Notes: generated from the letters alone by a model not told the origin. Positions 14,069 through 27,889 are shown, counted from the first letter of the stretch. The stretch: 64,000 bases of DNA from Octopus vulgaris (GCA_951406725.2 OX597815.1:46624001-46688000); one strand, 5' to 3'. Program-made: numbers and translations.

Positions 14069-15462
14069 GGAAAGAGAGTTTGCACACACCATAGCAACAA
14101 AAAAAAAAGGAAATCGAGAGAGGAATGCCCTGAGTCATTGGGTGTTTCGGGCCTTCAATGATACTCAGACATCCTCACACTGGCAACTCTTTCGGAGGTG
14201 ATCAAGCCATCAAGCGAATAATCAATTCCATCGACTTCACTGCTTTGCTATTTATTATATCGACCCGAGAAAGATGAAAAGAAAATGATCCCTAGATGGG
14301 ATCTGAATCCACAAAGCGTTCGACGCTCTGCCGATTTTTCCAGCCCATCTCCTTCTCTCCCCCACCTTCACTCACGCGCGTGATAAAATACTTTGGCGCA
14401 TGTGATCTTAATTCATGTGTATGTATACTCATGGAAAACGAAAAAACCTTCCAAGCCTACTGTGTGTGCATGTAGTGGTATGTGTGTGTTTGTGTGTATG
14501 GAGAGTGGGTGTGTATATTTATGTACGTACGCTTCATGTTGCATATGTTTGAACTCAAATCAGCAGAAAAGGTCTAACAACCCATTAAGAATGTTTATAC
14601 TTTCATAATATAAACTAAGTTGATAACTAATTGGAATATGGTGTACCAAACATACACCATAGAAAGGCTAGAGAGCGAGTGGGAGAGAGAAACAGAAGCA
14701 CACACCCGTACATGTACACATACACTCACACACATACATGCACACACACATTTAATTAATGGCTTGTTAGTGAAGATGTCTTAATGAAATTATCAGTGCC
14801 CTCAACAGTAGGCTCAAATTCTCAGAGCAATTTTCTACACCTTCCCCTTTCTCTCGGTTACGAAACTGTCTCGAATTATTAGCGGAAAATGAAAAGTGTG
14901 GAGCGGACGACTGGCAGTATTTAAGGGCTTGTTGGGTAAAATTAGTTAGCTGGTTTAAAAGGGTACAGAATAATCAGGGAAGAGTAGGGGTGAGGGGTGA
15001 AGTGAGGTTAGGTACGGAAGGGTGAAATATAAAAAAATTGACCATGAACCTGTAACTAAACCCAACTATGGAAAACCCGCACGCACACACATACACACCC
15101 TCACATCATCCTAACCGGAATTGGAATTTGATAGGAATACATACAACGTATATACACTAAAAAGAAAGAAAACGAGAAACGGATGTGCCTGTATATATCA
15201 TCATTATATATATATATATACACCCACTATCTGTCATTGTATGTATGTATGTGTGTACGTATGTATGTATGTATACACACGTATACACGAGAACATAACG
15301 GTGTTAGAGCAAGACTGCAGCAGCAGTAGCGACGGAGGCGTCTTTCACAAACGCACAAACCATAAATGTTTTTACTATACTTCCATCGCACACTCAAACC
15401 AAACAAAGACCTATCAAGGTTGCTCCACATGCTAGAAATAGTAGCCAAATGTTCCCTTAAAT

Positions 15463-15719
15463 CAGTGGTTCTGAACCATTCTTTTTTGCTTATGGATCCC
15501 TTTGATTCCTATTTTACTCTACCGGACCCAAATAAACATTCGATATTTTTTTATAAAATCCCATTATATTATTTTAAATAAATATTATTAGGAACTGTAT
15601 TAAAATAAAAATGTGTTTTGTGTATTGTAGAATTATAACCAATTTATTGCTCATAAATTTTAGCAACAAACTTTTATATGGACGCGCAAGGGCCATTGGA
15701 CCCCGGTTAAAAACCACTG
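15463..15719. mobile_element. hAT-type MITE
   Basis: TIRs CAGTGGTTCTGAACC / GGTTAAAAACCACTG; degenerate 8-bp TSD CCTTAAAT/CTTCAAAT; interrupts an older dispersed repeat. Confidence 0.7.
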
Positions 15720-16159
15720 CTTCAAATCATACCTTATTGATTTAAAGAACATATCCTAGAAGGCGAAAACTAACTTTAAAAAGCAGGATTTGAAATCAGA
15801 AAACTAAGTGACGTAACCAAACATTTCTAAGAATTTTGTCTGGCACCACTCAACTGATTCTACCAGCCACCACCGAACCAATATTCTGAGATAAAACGTT
15901 TCAAAGCTAAAACAATTCCCACCAAGAAAAACTTGCAACGGTGGAATTTATTCTATGGGTGTTGTTATTGTTAACCCGCGCCATCAATCTTTGTGCCAAC
16001 ACACAGGCAACCCAAATCCTCTTTTATAACCAATAATGACATTAGGTGTGTCCGATGAGATTCCAGTTTTTTAACCAATTCACGCCCGTAGGCCTTTCTT
16101 TAAGGATCAGAAAAATTAACATACCACTATAGATATATATATATATATTTTTTCTTCCC

Positions 16160-16482
16160 CCCGTTAACTTTTCAGCTGTTGACTGCAGCCACGCAGGGGC
16201 ATCATCGCAAAGGGTTTTAGTCAAACGAATTGACCCCATTATTTTTTTAAAGGCTTAGCAGTGATTCTATTGTTTTACAGAACCACCAAGTTACAGGGAC
16301 ATAAACAAACCAACTCCGGTTGTCAAGCGGTGGCAGGGGACAAACACACATCTACACAAGACAGGTTTCGTTTAGTTTCCGTCTATCAAATCCATTTGCC
16401 CAAAGTGCCACGCCATTTTACTTACTGGACCCGGAACCATGTTAGGAAACAAGCTTCTTACCACACAGCTATACCCGCACCT
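16160..16482 (-). mobile_element. SINE family A, degenerate
   Basis: Reverse complement of the family A head and body with internal deletions. Confidence 0.7.
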
Positions 16483-16499
16483 AAAACACATACTTTTCT

Positions 16500-16873
16500 A
16501 CACTAAGCACATGGCCCGAAACTTTTGGGGCGGAGGCCAGTCGATTAGAACCACTGCAGTGCGCATCTGGTACTTAATTTATCGATTCCGAAAGGATGAA
16601 AGACAAAGTCGACCTCGACAGAATTTGAACTCAGACGAAATACCTATTTCTTTATTACTCACAAGGGGCTAAACACAGAGGGGACAAACAAGGACAGACA
16701 TAGGTATTAAGTCGATTACATCGACCCCAGTGAGTAACTGGTACTTAATTTATCGATTCTGAAAGGATGAAAGGTAAAGTCGACCTCGACAGAATTTGAA
16801 CTCAGAACGTATCAGCAGACGAAATACCGGTAAACATTTCGCCCGGCACGCTAACGTTTCTGCCAGCTTGCTG
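16500..16873 (-). mobile_element. SINE family B dimer
   Basis: Full copy joined to a 5'-truncated copy at AAAGAAATA|GGTATTTCG. Confidence 0.8.
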
Positions 16874-17380
16874 CCTACAGTATATAGAAATAATAACTGG
16901 AAGTGTCTTAGATATTATGCCAGCATCTTGCTGAATATTGGCAACACTGTTGTTTCAGTACAGTGTGAAATATTAAGGAGTCGAGAAAAATTCGAGTATT
17001 TAAGAAATTAATCTTTTGCATGTCCTATTTATCAGATGCGATACACAGGACGTATTTCTTTGTCGTTCATGAATCATATATGGTACCCATTCCCAATTTT
17101 TTTTCATCCATCAGAGTAACTAAGGACTTATGAAAGGGAAGCTTTATATTAGAGTGTATGAAACAAGGACTAACAAAAATTCTAAAAACAATCCTGGACA
17201 TTTAGGATAAATTAATGAAAATAATTTGGAGAGGCAAAAGATTAAGGAATTGACCAGTCACAGAACTAGATTGGAGACATAAGCCCAAATCGGCTTATTA
17301 TACAAGTATTAATTACATCTTGTTCGGTTTCAGCACTTATAGATGTTTCCTTTTTTATAACGCAACAGCACAATAAAAAA

Positions 17381-17422
<42 letters not shown>

Positions 17423-17425
<3 letters not shown>

Positions 17426-17715
17426 AATTGAGATAGGGGTTGTAAATGCAACCCTCCATGGGATAACATATATCCAATATACTGCTAGTGAAGTACCCAA
17501 CAAAGTTAATACATAAATGTTAATGATTGCGATGTAATCAATTCATTTACTGTATTATATGGGCAAAGGTAAAATGATTTACCACAAATTACTAATACAA
17601 GATAAGAAAATGGAGAAATACATCTAAATCAAATGTGGTGGTTTAATAAAGTATGTGATTGAGTATTATCTGGTAATTGATATTTGATTTAGATGTATTT
17701 CTCCATTTTATCTTG

Positions 17716-17718
<3 letters not shown>
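17423..17718. mobile_element. (TA)n-embedded fold-back element, copy 1
   Basis: About 200 bp nearly identical to 26389-26593; inverted arms at 17595-17634 and 17682-17718 (3-nt deletion in the right arm); flanked by (TA)n and (TCTA)n. Confidence 0.75.
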
Positions 17719-17801
<83 letters not shown>

Positions 17802-18422
17802 TATATATATATACACATATATATAATAGAAAATAAAACAAAATTCGTAGCGCACACGTTCTGTGTGTGTCTGTGGATTGGTGTATATTTGTAAAATGAA
17901 CACTCGGCGGCACACACAATGCTCATGAAGTCGCAATATAATGGGGGCAACAACAGATGGCAATAAGCCAGACACCTGATAATTAAATACCGGATAATTC
18001 TGCATGCGCTCTTGCATATGTCTGTGTCGATGCGTGCTTTGCTTGCGTAAGCGTTCGTATGTGTATCCCTTCCATCAGGGGACTTTTGCTGAAAAGTAGT
18101 CAACTTAAGAGTGAGAAGGGGAGGAAGACAAACACTATGTACAATGGATTAAAGAAAAGCGAATGTTATAGAGAATAAGAATTAAACAGGATCGTGTGAG
18201 CTTTACATTTACATCGTCATAGGAACGTCAATTCATTTCTACGCACACTCTCTCACCACCACCGTTTTCTTTCTTCTAGCTTTGTTATGTAGGTAGTTTC
18301 TTGGAAACCTGAAGACAAACAGCAGTCTCTCGACGAAGCACTACCATAGCCAGTAGTCTAGGCATAAATATAAAACACCTTTAGAGGGCAACATTAATAT
18401 TGGAGATAATCGTGTTAAATCG

Positions 18423-18745
18423 TGAAGGCACATGGCTCAGTAGTTAGAGCGTCGGGCTCACAATCATGAGGTAGTGAGTTCAATTCCCGGACCGGGCTTT
18501 GTCGTGTTCTTGAGTAAGACACTTTATTTCACGTTACTCCAGTTTACTCAGCTGTAGAAATGAGTCGCAACATCACTGATGCCAAACTGTATCGGCCCTT
18601 CTCTTGGATAGCATCTGTGGAAAGTTTGGCAAGCATGGGCGACTGCTGGTCTTCCATAAACAACCTTGCATGAACTTGTACTTCGGGGGGTAACTTTCTA
18701 GGTGCAATCCCATGGTCACTCTTGACCGAACGGGGTCTTTACCTT
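18423..18745 (+). mobile_element. tRNA-derived SINE family C
   Basis: A box TGGCTCAGTAGT, B box GAGTTCAATTCC, then TTGAGTAAGACACTTTATTTCACGTTACTCCAGTTTACTCAGCTG core. The core recurs reversed at about 60515-60645 and 60975-61060. Confidence 0.75.
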
Positions 18746-20071
18746 ACGTGTTAAATCTTTGAAGCTATTCCACGACAAGCAATCCAGTGAAATCGAACAA
18801 GCGAGGAAACTTCTTACCTGTTCACTGGACCTGCTAAAGATAGAAGTTAAATTCTTCCCCAGCCCCAAACTATCTCTTTACCGTCTAGAGATAAAACAGA
18901 ATAAACAGAGGGAATACATTGGATAATATAGTTCTTGGTAAACTGACAATAAGATTGTATGAATGATTGCTTCGATCACACACGAGGACAGACAGACATG
19001 AGTAACAAAGGTCAAATAGGATGATCTAGTTCTAAATCAGACATGGGCAAACTGCAACCTGTGGGATATTCTCGAAAAAGAGTCGAAAGAAATGCTGCTA
19101 AGCATTTTGAACGGCGTGGTAACGATTCTGCCAGCTCGCCACCCTTTCAAAGACATTTTGTCCGAGTCGCTATCGATTCTGAGGTGGAAAGGTGGAAAGG
19201 TGCAAAAAATAAAAAAATAAAAAAAACTTTTGTAAGAGGGTGGGTTTGGTATACATCAGTTTGAGAGTCACTGCTTTTGAACAAAACAAACAGGATAGTC
19301 ACGGGCTGAGCACTTTTTGCTAAATTTCTAGTGATGCAGAACTGATCGGAAAGGGGGAGTGTTGCTAAAAGGAATATCTTAATTGACTTGGAATATTTTT
19401 TTGCACCAGAAGCAGCTGTTGTGAAAGTGTGAAAGATATACAAACAAAAAAACAAAACAAAACAAAACAAAAAGGCTATACTAAACCGCAATAAGGAAGT
19501 CGAAAACAATAGCGGTCTACATCTTAGTAGGGATAAGCCTATACTGTGTTCTAATAATAAAACGGATTTGTTACAAGTATAGTGGTACAAATCGGAAGAG
19601 AAAATCGTCAACAGAAATGAAACCGGTATATCACTAATTGTCCTTTGTTTTGATCAAACCCGCAAGACGGGAACCCAAAAGGTAGGAAGGACAAATGCCA
19701 CGAAAGAGAAGTGAAACGTGTACACCTGGTCTCCTGAAAATACGACAGCATGAAACTACCGTGTAATTTACTAGCAGCAGCAGAAACTGAAGATACAGTG
19801 AAAAGATAGATATATAAAATGAGAGGAACTAAATAAATTCAAACTACACACACCTATATATAACGGACTGGAAAAACACCACGTTACTTACTTAGGTACA
19901 CGCGTAAGGACACACGTACGTGTGAATATATATGCTTTAAATATATACTCATCTATGTACACACACACACACACACACACACGTATAAACAGGTATATAT
20001 ACACAGGCAAAATATGCACACACACACACATCTACATATAAGCATACACGTGATCACTGTGTGTGCATATA

Positions 20072-20157
<86 letters not shown>

Positions 20158-20597
20158 GGGGAGAGAGAGCGTGTGTGAGTGTGTGTTCATAAATGCACAG
20201 TAGCTCTAAGCTATAAAGTTGCTCGTAAACCAAGATGTACGAAAAAGACAAAGAACCGGTCTGATGGACACCAACCGGAGAGAGAGGGAAGAGGGAGAAA
20301 GAGAGAGACTGTAAATTGACACAGGTCGTCTTAATTCATACAACTCATTGACCATTATTTACATAACTATTCAAAAGTTTTACAAGGCTTAATGATATCT
20401 TGGGTTGGCAGTTTGAAGTGGTATGACAAGAGAGCTGCGAAGAAAACTTATTTTACAGTGTGAAAAATCCATTGTTGGTGAAGAAATTCTCACCGTGTCA
20501 CTTGCATGGGTACCGATCTGTTGTTTAAGCAAAGAGATGTTTCCTTGCTAGGTATGTACATATATAATATACAGAAACACACACACACTATATATAT

Positions 20598-20916
20598 ATT
20601 CAACAATATAAGGAATGGCCATATAGGACATTCGACTCACTAGAAAGAGCAGCCAAAACACATACCGCTAAGTAGTTGTAATTCTGAAATAGAAAGAGAA
20701 ATAAAAACGCTTACCCCTTTCATCTCTGGACTATGCATAGTTTCGGCAAAACTTCGCCAAAGTTTTGCCGAAACTATGCATAGTCCAGAGATGAAAGGGG
20801 TAAGCGTTTTTATTTCTCTTTCTATTTCAGAATTACAACTACTTAGCGGTATGTGTTTTGGCTGCTCTTTCTAGTGAGTCGAATGTCCTATATGGCCATT
20901 CCTTATATTGTTGAAT
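20598..20916. repeat. Perfect palindrome (157-bp arms, 5-nt spacer), probably an inverted Penelope-like pLTR with half a hammerhead in each arm
   Basis: 20598-20754 is the reverse complement of 20760-20916 (spacer CGCCA). The right arm has GAAA-CTATGCATAG-TC-CAGAG at 20770-20790. The left end abuts (CA)n(TA)n. Confidence 0.85.
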
Positions 20917-21049
20917 GTATATTATATAGTCTTTGACTATTTTTCCTTTCTCACTAGACCGCTGGTAGCGGAGAATTTTTTGCTACCCTTATATTTATTA
21001 AATATATCTGGACTGTTGCTATAGTAACTAAGCTAAATCACGGAGAGTG

Positions 21050-21355
21050 AAGCCGCTAGGCACAGATTGACCTTGAACTCTGTTGTGCATGCGCACTAAG
21101 TTTTAACGCTCTAGCTCACTTCCGCTGTTTACAGCAGTGCCCAGTAGGAAAGTGTGTAGCGTGTGATCGTTGCACTGACCAAGACAGAAAGTTGAGCAGA
21201 AAATTTGCATCAAATTTTACCCAAAATTTGGCGATACCTGCTCGGAGGCCCATGCAGTTTTCAAAGAGTTTTCATCCATCTCGACGCAATCAAGATCTTG
21301 TGCAACTGAAACCATAGTGTCTTTTTGGCCAACTGAAAGCTGTTTTGGCACAAAC
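21050..21355 (+). mobile_element. Deleted mariner relic (transposase N-terminal fragment)
   Basis: About 21190-21255 translates EQKICIKFYPKFGDTCSEAHA, resembling the EQRxxIKFCxKLGxTxxET start of mariner transposases. No intact ORF. Confidence 0.45.

Positions 21356-21356
<1 letters not shown>

Positions 21357-21450
<94 letters not shown>
21357..21450. repeat. (TG)n(TA)n microsatellite
   Basis: Read directly. Confidence 0.95.
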
Positions 21451-24400
21451 AAATTAAAGTTGAGGGCTGGCTAAATCTATAAAATGTAGTTGGAAGCATC
21501 CATCATCATCGTCCTCATCTAGTCATCAAGACTGTCCAGCTTCTGTTTCGATATCCCACTTAACACTAGATATAGGTGTTCGTTTTAATGTCGCTACCAG
21601 GACTACCAGATCACATGATTTCAGCATCATTTGGCCTTCTCAGTAGTAGATTCAATATATATCGCTGGCGGGGCAGTTACTAGTTTCAGCAGTCAGGTAT
21701 CTACCATTGACAAGGTGGATATTTGCTCAATCCCCGACCAAACAGACATATGTGTTCAAAAGCATTCCATCCATAATTTAATAATATCTAGTCTTTCTAT
21801 AATCGGTAGTGTGTTATTTGAGGGAGAATTAGCTGCTGTTTCTAGCAACTGTAGCTACCAAATCGAGAGGCTGCTGGATTGGCTCGTGTATAATGGCATG
21901 AGCATTCGCTTCGCGTTACCATTTACAGCATACATTAACCAAGGTATACATCTTTTAACAGACGTCTGTTAGTGACTAAACACAGAAACTGGCTAGTCTC
22001 CCGTTACAAAATACATAAACAAGAAAAAACAGCTACCACAGTTCAAACTGTCAATCGACATGCTAGAAGTAGTAGCCTAATCACCTTAAAATCACAGCCC
22101 GTGATCTGAAAACGAAAGGCGCAATTAAAAAAGTGATCCTAGATCTCCCTCTCTCCCTCTCTCTCTTTAGATATATAAAGAAATAAATGAAAAGTAACCA
22201 AAATAACAAACGTGATGGTCACAGCTGGAACGATTTAGAATATTGGTGTGGTACAGCAGGGCTTATCGCGGATTAAGCAATAACAACAGATCAGCCCAAC
22301 CGATTTGCAACTTGAGAATGTAGTCACATTGATTACGTTACGAGGTTGGGTGACCTCGTTAACTTAAACTATATTAATTTCAAATCAGCAATGACGTAAG
22401 CAGTTTCTAAAATGAAAGCTACACACACACACACACAGTAGCTTGAGCTGTTTCATGTTACAGGCGGTAGGATCGCTCATATATCAACTGGGAGAGAAAA
22501 CAAAACAAAAATGGACTTCAATACTTCAAACAACTGACAGTAAACAATAAATGAAAAACATCCCCTTAAAGGCGTTCCAAATTTTAAAGATATAATAAAA
22601 GGGAGGCCACTCCAGTCAGCTCAGCTGATCGAAATTGTCACAAATTGGGGAGGATCTGATCATTAAAGCCAACTGGTGAAAGCAATGAACATGGGTCAGT
22701 CTGATTAGACATCTTTAGTGAAGCTTGTTCTCTATATCTGGATGTGTAAATTAAATTATTAAGTTAGTAAATATACTCGACGTAGATGCAAAACAAGTCA
22801 ACGTAGAATCTATGCTCGCCTTTAAATAAAAATAGCAGCTAAATCTGTCAAATCATTAATGACTAGTATCAATAAAACGGTAGAGGACACGTTCAATTAA
22901 GTATTCTAAAACGCACTAAGTAAAAAGAAAATGGGTTAGTTACGGTTGAAAAACCTTTGATCAGAGGAAATAGATATAAAACAATATCATCACCACCACC
23001 ACCACTAATACTATCGCCAATACCACGAGCCAACGTGGAAGAGGCCACGATAGACAACTCGTCAACCTGTTTCGAAAAGCGTGCCGCATGAAACATGGAT
23101 CATCAATATGCGGGCCGCGTAGATAAAGAATAAAAATCAAGGTAATTTTTCGTTCATGAGTGATATATGCAGAAAGTCTCGCGGGCCGCAGTTTGTTCGT
23201 AACTGGTCTAAGGCAGTCGTCACGAGATGTAAAATAAACTGCAGCCATTTCTCTTTTTCAAGTTAAATGATACGTTGAATAACGTAGTCCTCCTGGACAG
23301 TGTATCTGAATTCTGAATTAAAGACTGGATGGTCATGACAGGAACGCCGCTGATCTTTAAACCTGTTCGATTAGAGCTGAAGCTAGGTACTGAGCATTGT
23401 ATGTATGTATGTATGTGTTATGTATTTACACACACACACCATACAGTATGTATCTGTTCATATCAACTACTACTAGCAGTAGTAGTAGCAGTAGTAAAAC
23501 CACCAACACCACGACGACGACTGCGATCGCCTTCACCACCACCACCACAAGACCGCCTCCGCCGCCGCCACCACCACCACACCTTTTCTGTTTACCTTTA
23601 CATTCTATTCATTTCAATTTTTTTCACTCGCACAAATCAAATAACACTCGTCGTGATAGTGAGTGTGTGTGTGTGTGTGTGTGTGAGTGGGTACATGTGT
23701 ACATTATGCATACAGGTATGTAAGCGCCTGTTATTATATATGCCAGAGTGTGTGTGAGTGTGTATAAAACTAAGTAAGTATGTGTGCGTGATTCATTTCC
23801 AGTATGTACTATTCTGATTTAACATATTTGGATAAGTATTGTTGGGAGAAGACAAAAAAAAAAAAAAGAAAAAAAGAAAGAAATAGAAAAGTAACAATTT
23901 GAATGCGTTTAACGAAAGAATCTATTACTCTCATTCATTCATTCACTCTCTCCCTCGCTTTCTCTCACATACATACACGTATGTGTATATAAATATGCAC
24001 AGACTTACAGTGTGCGTGGTGTGTGTATTGTGCGATGTATACAACTGCTAAAGTTTTATGGTAGGCGTGACATCCCAAGTTGAAAAAAGCCTGTTCTTGA
24101 AAACTAGAGAGAGCAGTGCAAGTATTGTTGTAGCTTTTATTATTATCGTTATTATAATTACGTACAGTACCTTTCACAAACTGCCACCATAAAAATAAAG
24201 TAACTAACCAGATCAGAAAACAAAATCCACATTACAAACATACATACATGCATGCATATGAGTGTGTGCGTACGTGTGTGTGTGTGTGTGTGTGAAAGGT
24301 GGCTTGGAATTTGTAAAATGTCGGGCAAAATAACTTGCGGTATTTGGTTATGCCCCTTTACAATCAGCTTCCAGTTATGCTTATTTTGACTTTTACTCTT

Positions 24401-25299
24401 CCAATAAAATAACACTCGATAAAGTAGGTACTGAATTCTATGTAATCGACTATACCATCACGAAAGGCAGTACTTCACACACAAACACACGCGCGCGTGC
24501 GCTCAGTGTGTGTGAGGGTGCGTCTTTAATGCTTGCTGAACATGCTTTGCACCCACCAGCAAATTCATTATTTGCTGTTTGCATAACAAGAACGCTGGTT
24601 CTTAGTGGAGTATAAACAACGCATTCAGTGTCTGTAACAGATGAAAAGTAACGGTGCAGAAATACGAGTCCTACAGTCCAAAGGCGTTATTCATGAACCA
24701 GCCCCGTTTTTCACGCATATTGTCTATAAGGAAAACACTGTTGAGACAGCTACCACAGAGAAGACCTCTCCACAATTGCGTGTATAGACACAGCTTTATG
24801 TGTGTGTATATGCATAATATACAGATGAACCCAAATAGTACAATTTTAAATCATCTAAGATGTTTACTTAATGCTAGGGTACAATGATTAAACGGATAGT
24901 CAAGGCTTTGAATTTTTTATTAGTTTTTAACAACTTTGATGATCAGATCAAATAAATCACAATAAGAATATTCTACAACCAGCATCTTCGAAGGGCATCT
25001 AGACGTTTCGGTAGCTATTCACCCCGTTAGCCGCTCTTGAACTAGACAGACAACTTATCAAGCTTAGCCACACAAGATACAGAAATTGTTGACATCACGA
25101 ATTGTTGGCGAACAAATTAACCAGGAACGGACAAAGAAACGAAACACCAGTTTCTATATATCACCGTTAATAACAGTCCTAAGAAGGCCATGAAAAAATA
25201 GCATTCTCCTCGTGGTAAAATGGAGCTTAAACGATTATGTGTGTGTGTGTGTGTGCGTGTGTATGTGTGTATATTTTGTGCTAGTCAACAAAGGATCCT

Positions 25300-25460
25300 C
25301 TATGTTGTCTTATTTGTTAGAAATTGTAGCTAAATCTCTCAATTCACCATACTGTCTTAAACGCACCATGCCTGAAAATCATGAGATGATCACGGTTTTA
25401 GCATATTTGATCATGGGTTTACACTCTATCAGAGCCTTTCCGGGACTAAAACAACAGGAG
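25300..25460 (+). repeat. Representative of an old, abundant dispersed repeat (family E)
   Basis: Consensus-like CTGCTAGAAATAGCAGCCAAAT..ATCACACC..GATGGTCACGGCTGGAATGCCTTTGATCA..GGGCTAAACAACAA. About 20 diverged fragments in both orientations (for example near 1.1, 10.0, 11.0, 15.4, 18.8, 22.1, 23.3, 29.6, 32.0, 38.5, 44.0, 44.5, 52.4 and 56.4 kb). Confidence 0.6.
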
Positions 25461-26388
25461 CATAGTAAAAACAGCTTTAGTGTTTAGCAATCCGGCTCTC
25501 TTCATTCTGCAATAAAAGGTCCTTTCAAATGTTGAAGACATTACATGCAAATGCACGCTAATTGTAAAGCAAACCTTTCCTTATTCTCTTGTATTATATC
25601 ATAATGCTACCACCATTCCCACGAACAACACCAACACCACTTCAAGGAGATGTGTGTGTTTGTGTATATATATGTATGTGTGTGCGCGCACGCATATATA
25701 CTTATTCTATATAACAAGGACAAATTGTACGACTGCCAGGTGAAATTTGATACAAAGCTGACATATATAAATACATTACACACACACACACACATTCTTT
25801 TTTATATTCGATCCATTACAAAACACACACCAAGTAAACATTTGTTGACCAGAAATAATAAAAGCCGTATTACATACAACGTTCTCTTTCTCAGAAACTT
25901 CTTACACCACAAAACACCCTCAACACCAAACTTCACTGTACACAAAAATTATACAACACATTTGTGTTATTACTGCGTAACATAATATACGGGGATGTAA
26001 GCAGAGGAAAACAAGTCTATCCAACAGATGTTTGAAGTCAACTAAAGTACGCACTACGTACAGCTGTGTGAACTTTACTCTAACAAACTATAATACAACC
26101 AAACAATAAGTGTCTGTTACCTACAAAGTTCTGAACAACATAGAAGAGAAAGAGCTACCTTTTAAAAAAATCTCGCCATGAATGGTCATTATTCAAACGG
26201 ATACCACACACACACACACACACACACATTTAGGCCTAGCTGACCGAAACTTCGAAGTTATTTCTCAACAACATTCTTGTATGAGAATAATAAAGTTGTG
26301 CACTAGAAAATTATGAAGTACTCAATCAGATTAATGTAAAATTGTTTTCATAACTGGACATAAAAATTATATATATATATATATAGAT

Positions 26389-26609
26389 ACAAATTGAGAT
26401 AGGGGTTGTAAATGCAACCCTCCATGGGATAACATATATCCAATATACTGCTAGTGATGTACCCAACAAAGTTAATACATAAATGTTAAGGATTGCGATG
26501 CAGTCAATTCATTTACTGTATTATATGGGCAAAGGTAAAATGATTTACCACAAATTACTAATATAAGATAAGAAAATGGAGAAATACATCTAACTCCATT
26601 TTCTTATCT

Positions 26610-26610
<1 letters not shown>
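26389..26610. mobile_element. (TA)n-embedded fold-back element, copy 2
   Basis: Same start (ACAAATTGAGATAGGGG) as copy 1; 17-bp inverted arms at 26565-26581 and 26594-26610; (TA)n on both sides. Confidence 0.75.
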
Positions 26611-26662
<52 letters not shown>

Positions 26663-26921
26663 TTTTACTTATTGCAGTCATGCTGGAGCATTGCCTTTAG
26701 TCGAACAAATCGACCCCAGAACATTTTTTGTAAGCCTGGTACTTATTCTATCGGTTTGTTATGTCAAACCGCTAAGTTACGGGGACGTAAACACAGCAAC
26801 AAGCGATAACGGAGGGACAAACACAAACACTCATAAATATGTATATATACATACACGACGGGCTTCTTTCAGTTTTCGACTACCAAAACCACTCATAAAG
26901 CTTTGGTCGGCTCGAAGCTGC

Positions 26922-27250
26922 AGTGCGTAACTGGTACTTAATTTATCGACCCCGAAAGGATGAAAGGCAAAGTCGACCTCGGCGGAATTTGAACTAAGAA
27001 CGTAACGGCAAACGAAATACCTATTTCTTTGCTGCTCACAAGGGGCTAAACACAGAGGGAACAAACAAGGACAGGCAAACGGATTAAGTCGATTATATCG
27101 ACCCCAGTGCATAACTGGTACTTATTTAATCGACCCCGAAAAGATGAAAGGCAAAGTCGACCTCGGCGGAATTTGAACTCAGAACGTAACGGCAGACGAA
27201 ATACAGCTACGCATTTCGCGCGGCGTGCTAACGTTTCTGCCAGCTCGCCA
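26922..27250 (-). mobile_element. SINE family B dimer, abutting a truncated family A copy (26662-26920)
   Basis: Same AAAGAAATA|GGTATTTCG junction as at 16.6 kb. Confidence 0.8.
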
Positions 27251-27889
27251 CCAATAACAACAAAAACAGTAGGAATGATCAGTGTGAGATGAAACCAACC
27301 TAATTCCGACTTCTATACAATAAAGAAGACAGCAGGCTTTGTGCATAGTGCTTGAGTTAAAAGAGAAATATACAGAAGGGTTGTGTTGTTGTTTTTTTTT
27401 TATATCTAAAAGGTAGCAGCTGTGTGTGTATATGTGTATGTGCGTGTGGGGGCTTGCCCTGTTGCCAATGAAATAATTGGTAATGTCTTGTAGGCATGTC
27501 AGTCCCATAGGAGTGCGGTAAGTGTTGAGTATAGTAATAGGCATGATACAAGTGAAGTCCTCTTGAACAGAAGGAGACATTCTTTTGATAAGAGAAGAAA
27601 TAATAGAAAACGCTAAAAAGAACAGAGAAAACTAAAAAGGAATCAAAAACAACCCTCCCCTCTAGTCATAGAGTAACACACATACAAACTGGGTTTTTTT
27701 TTGTATTCCTAAGTGACAGGGACATATAAAAGAGTAATTCTGTTAAATCTATATACTAAATACTTTGCCTAAGGTCAAGGTCTTACTTCTTCATTTCCTT
27801 GCCATCAAACAGAAACACTTTCTAGTTTGTTGGAATCAAAAGATTTACCCTAACTAGCTACCGATGTCTGTCTGACAATCACTAGAAGA

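Noticed and set aside
23329-23757. ORFs with poly-Pro, Thr, Ser and His runs
   Set aside because: Derived from trinucleotide and (TG)n microsatellites; no splice or homology support.
24997-25047. Minus-strand hammerhead-like fold (stem II GGCTA/TAGCT, GAAA-CG-TC, stem I GTCTA/TAGAT)
   Set aside because: The core reads GTTCAAGA, too far from CUGANGA; at most a dead relic.
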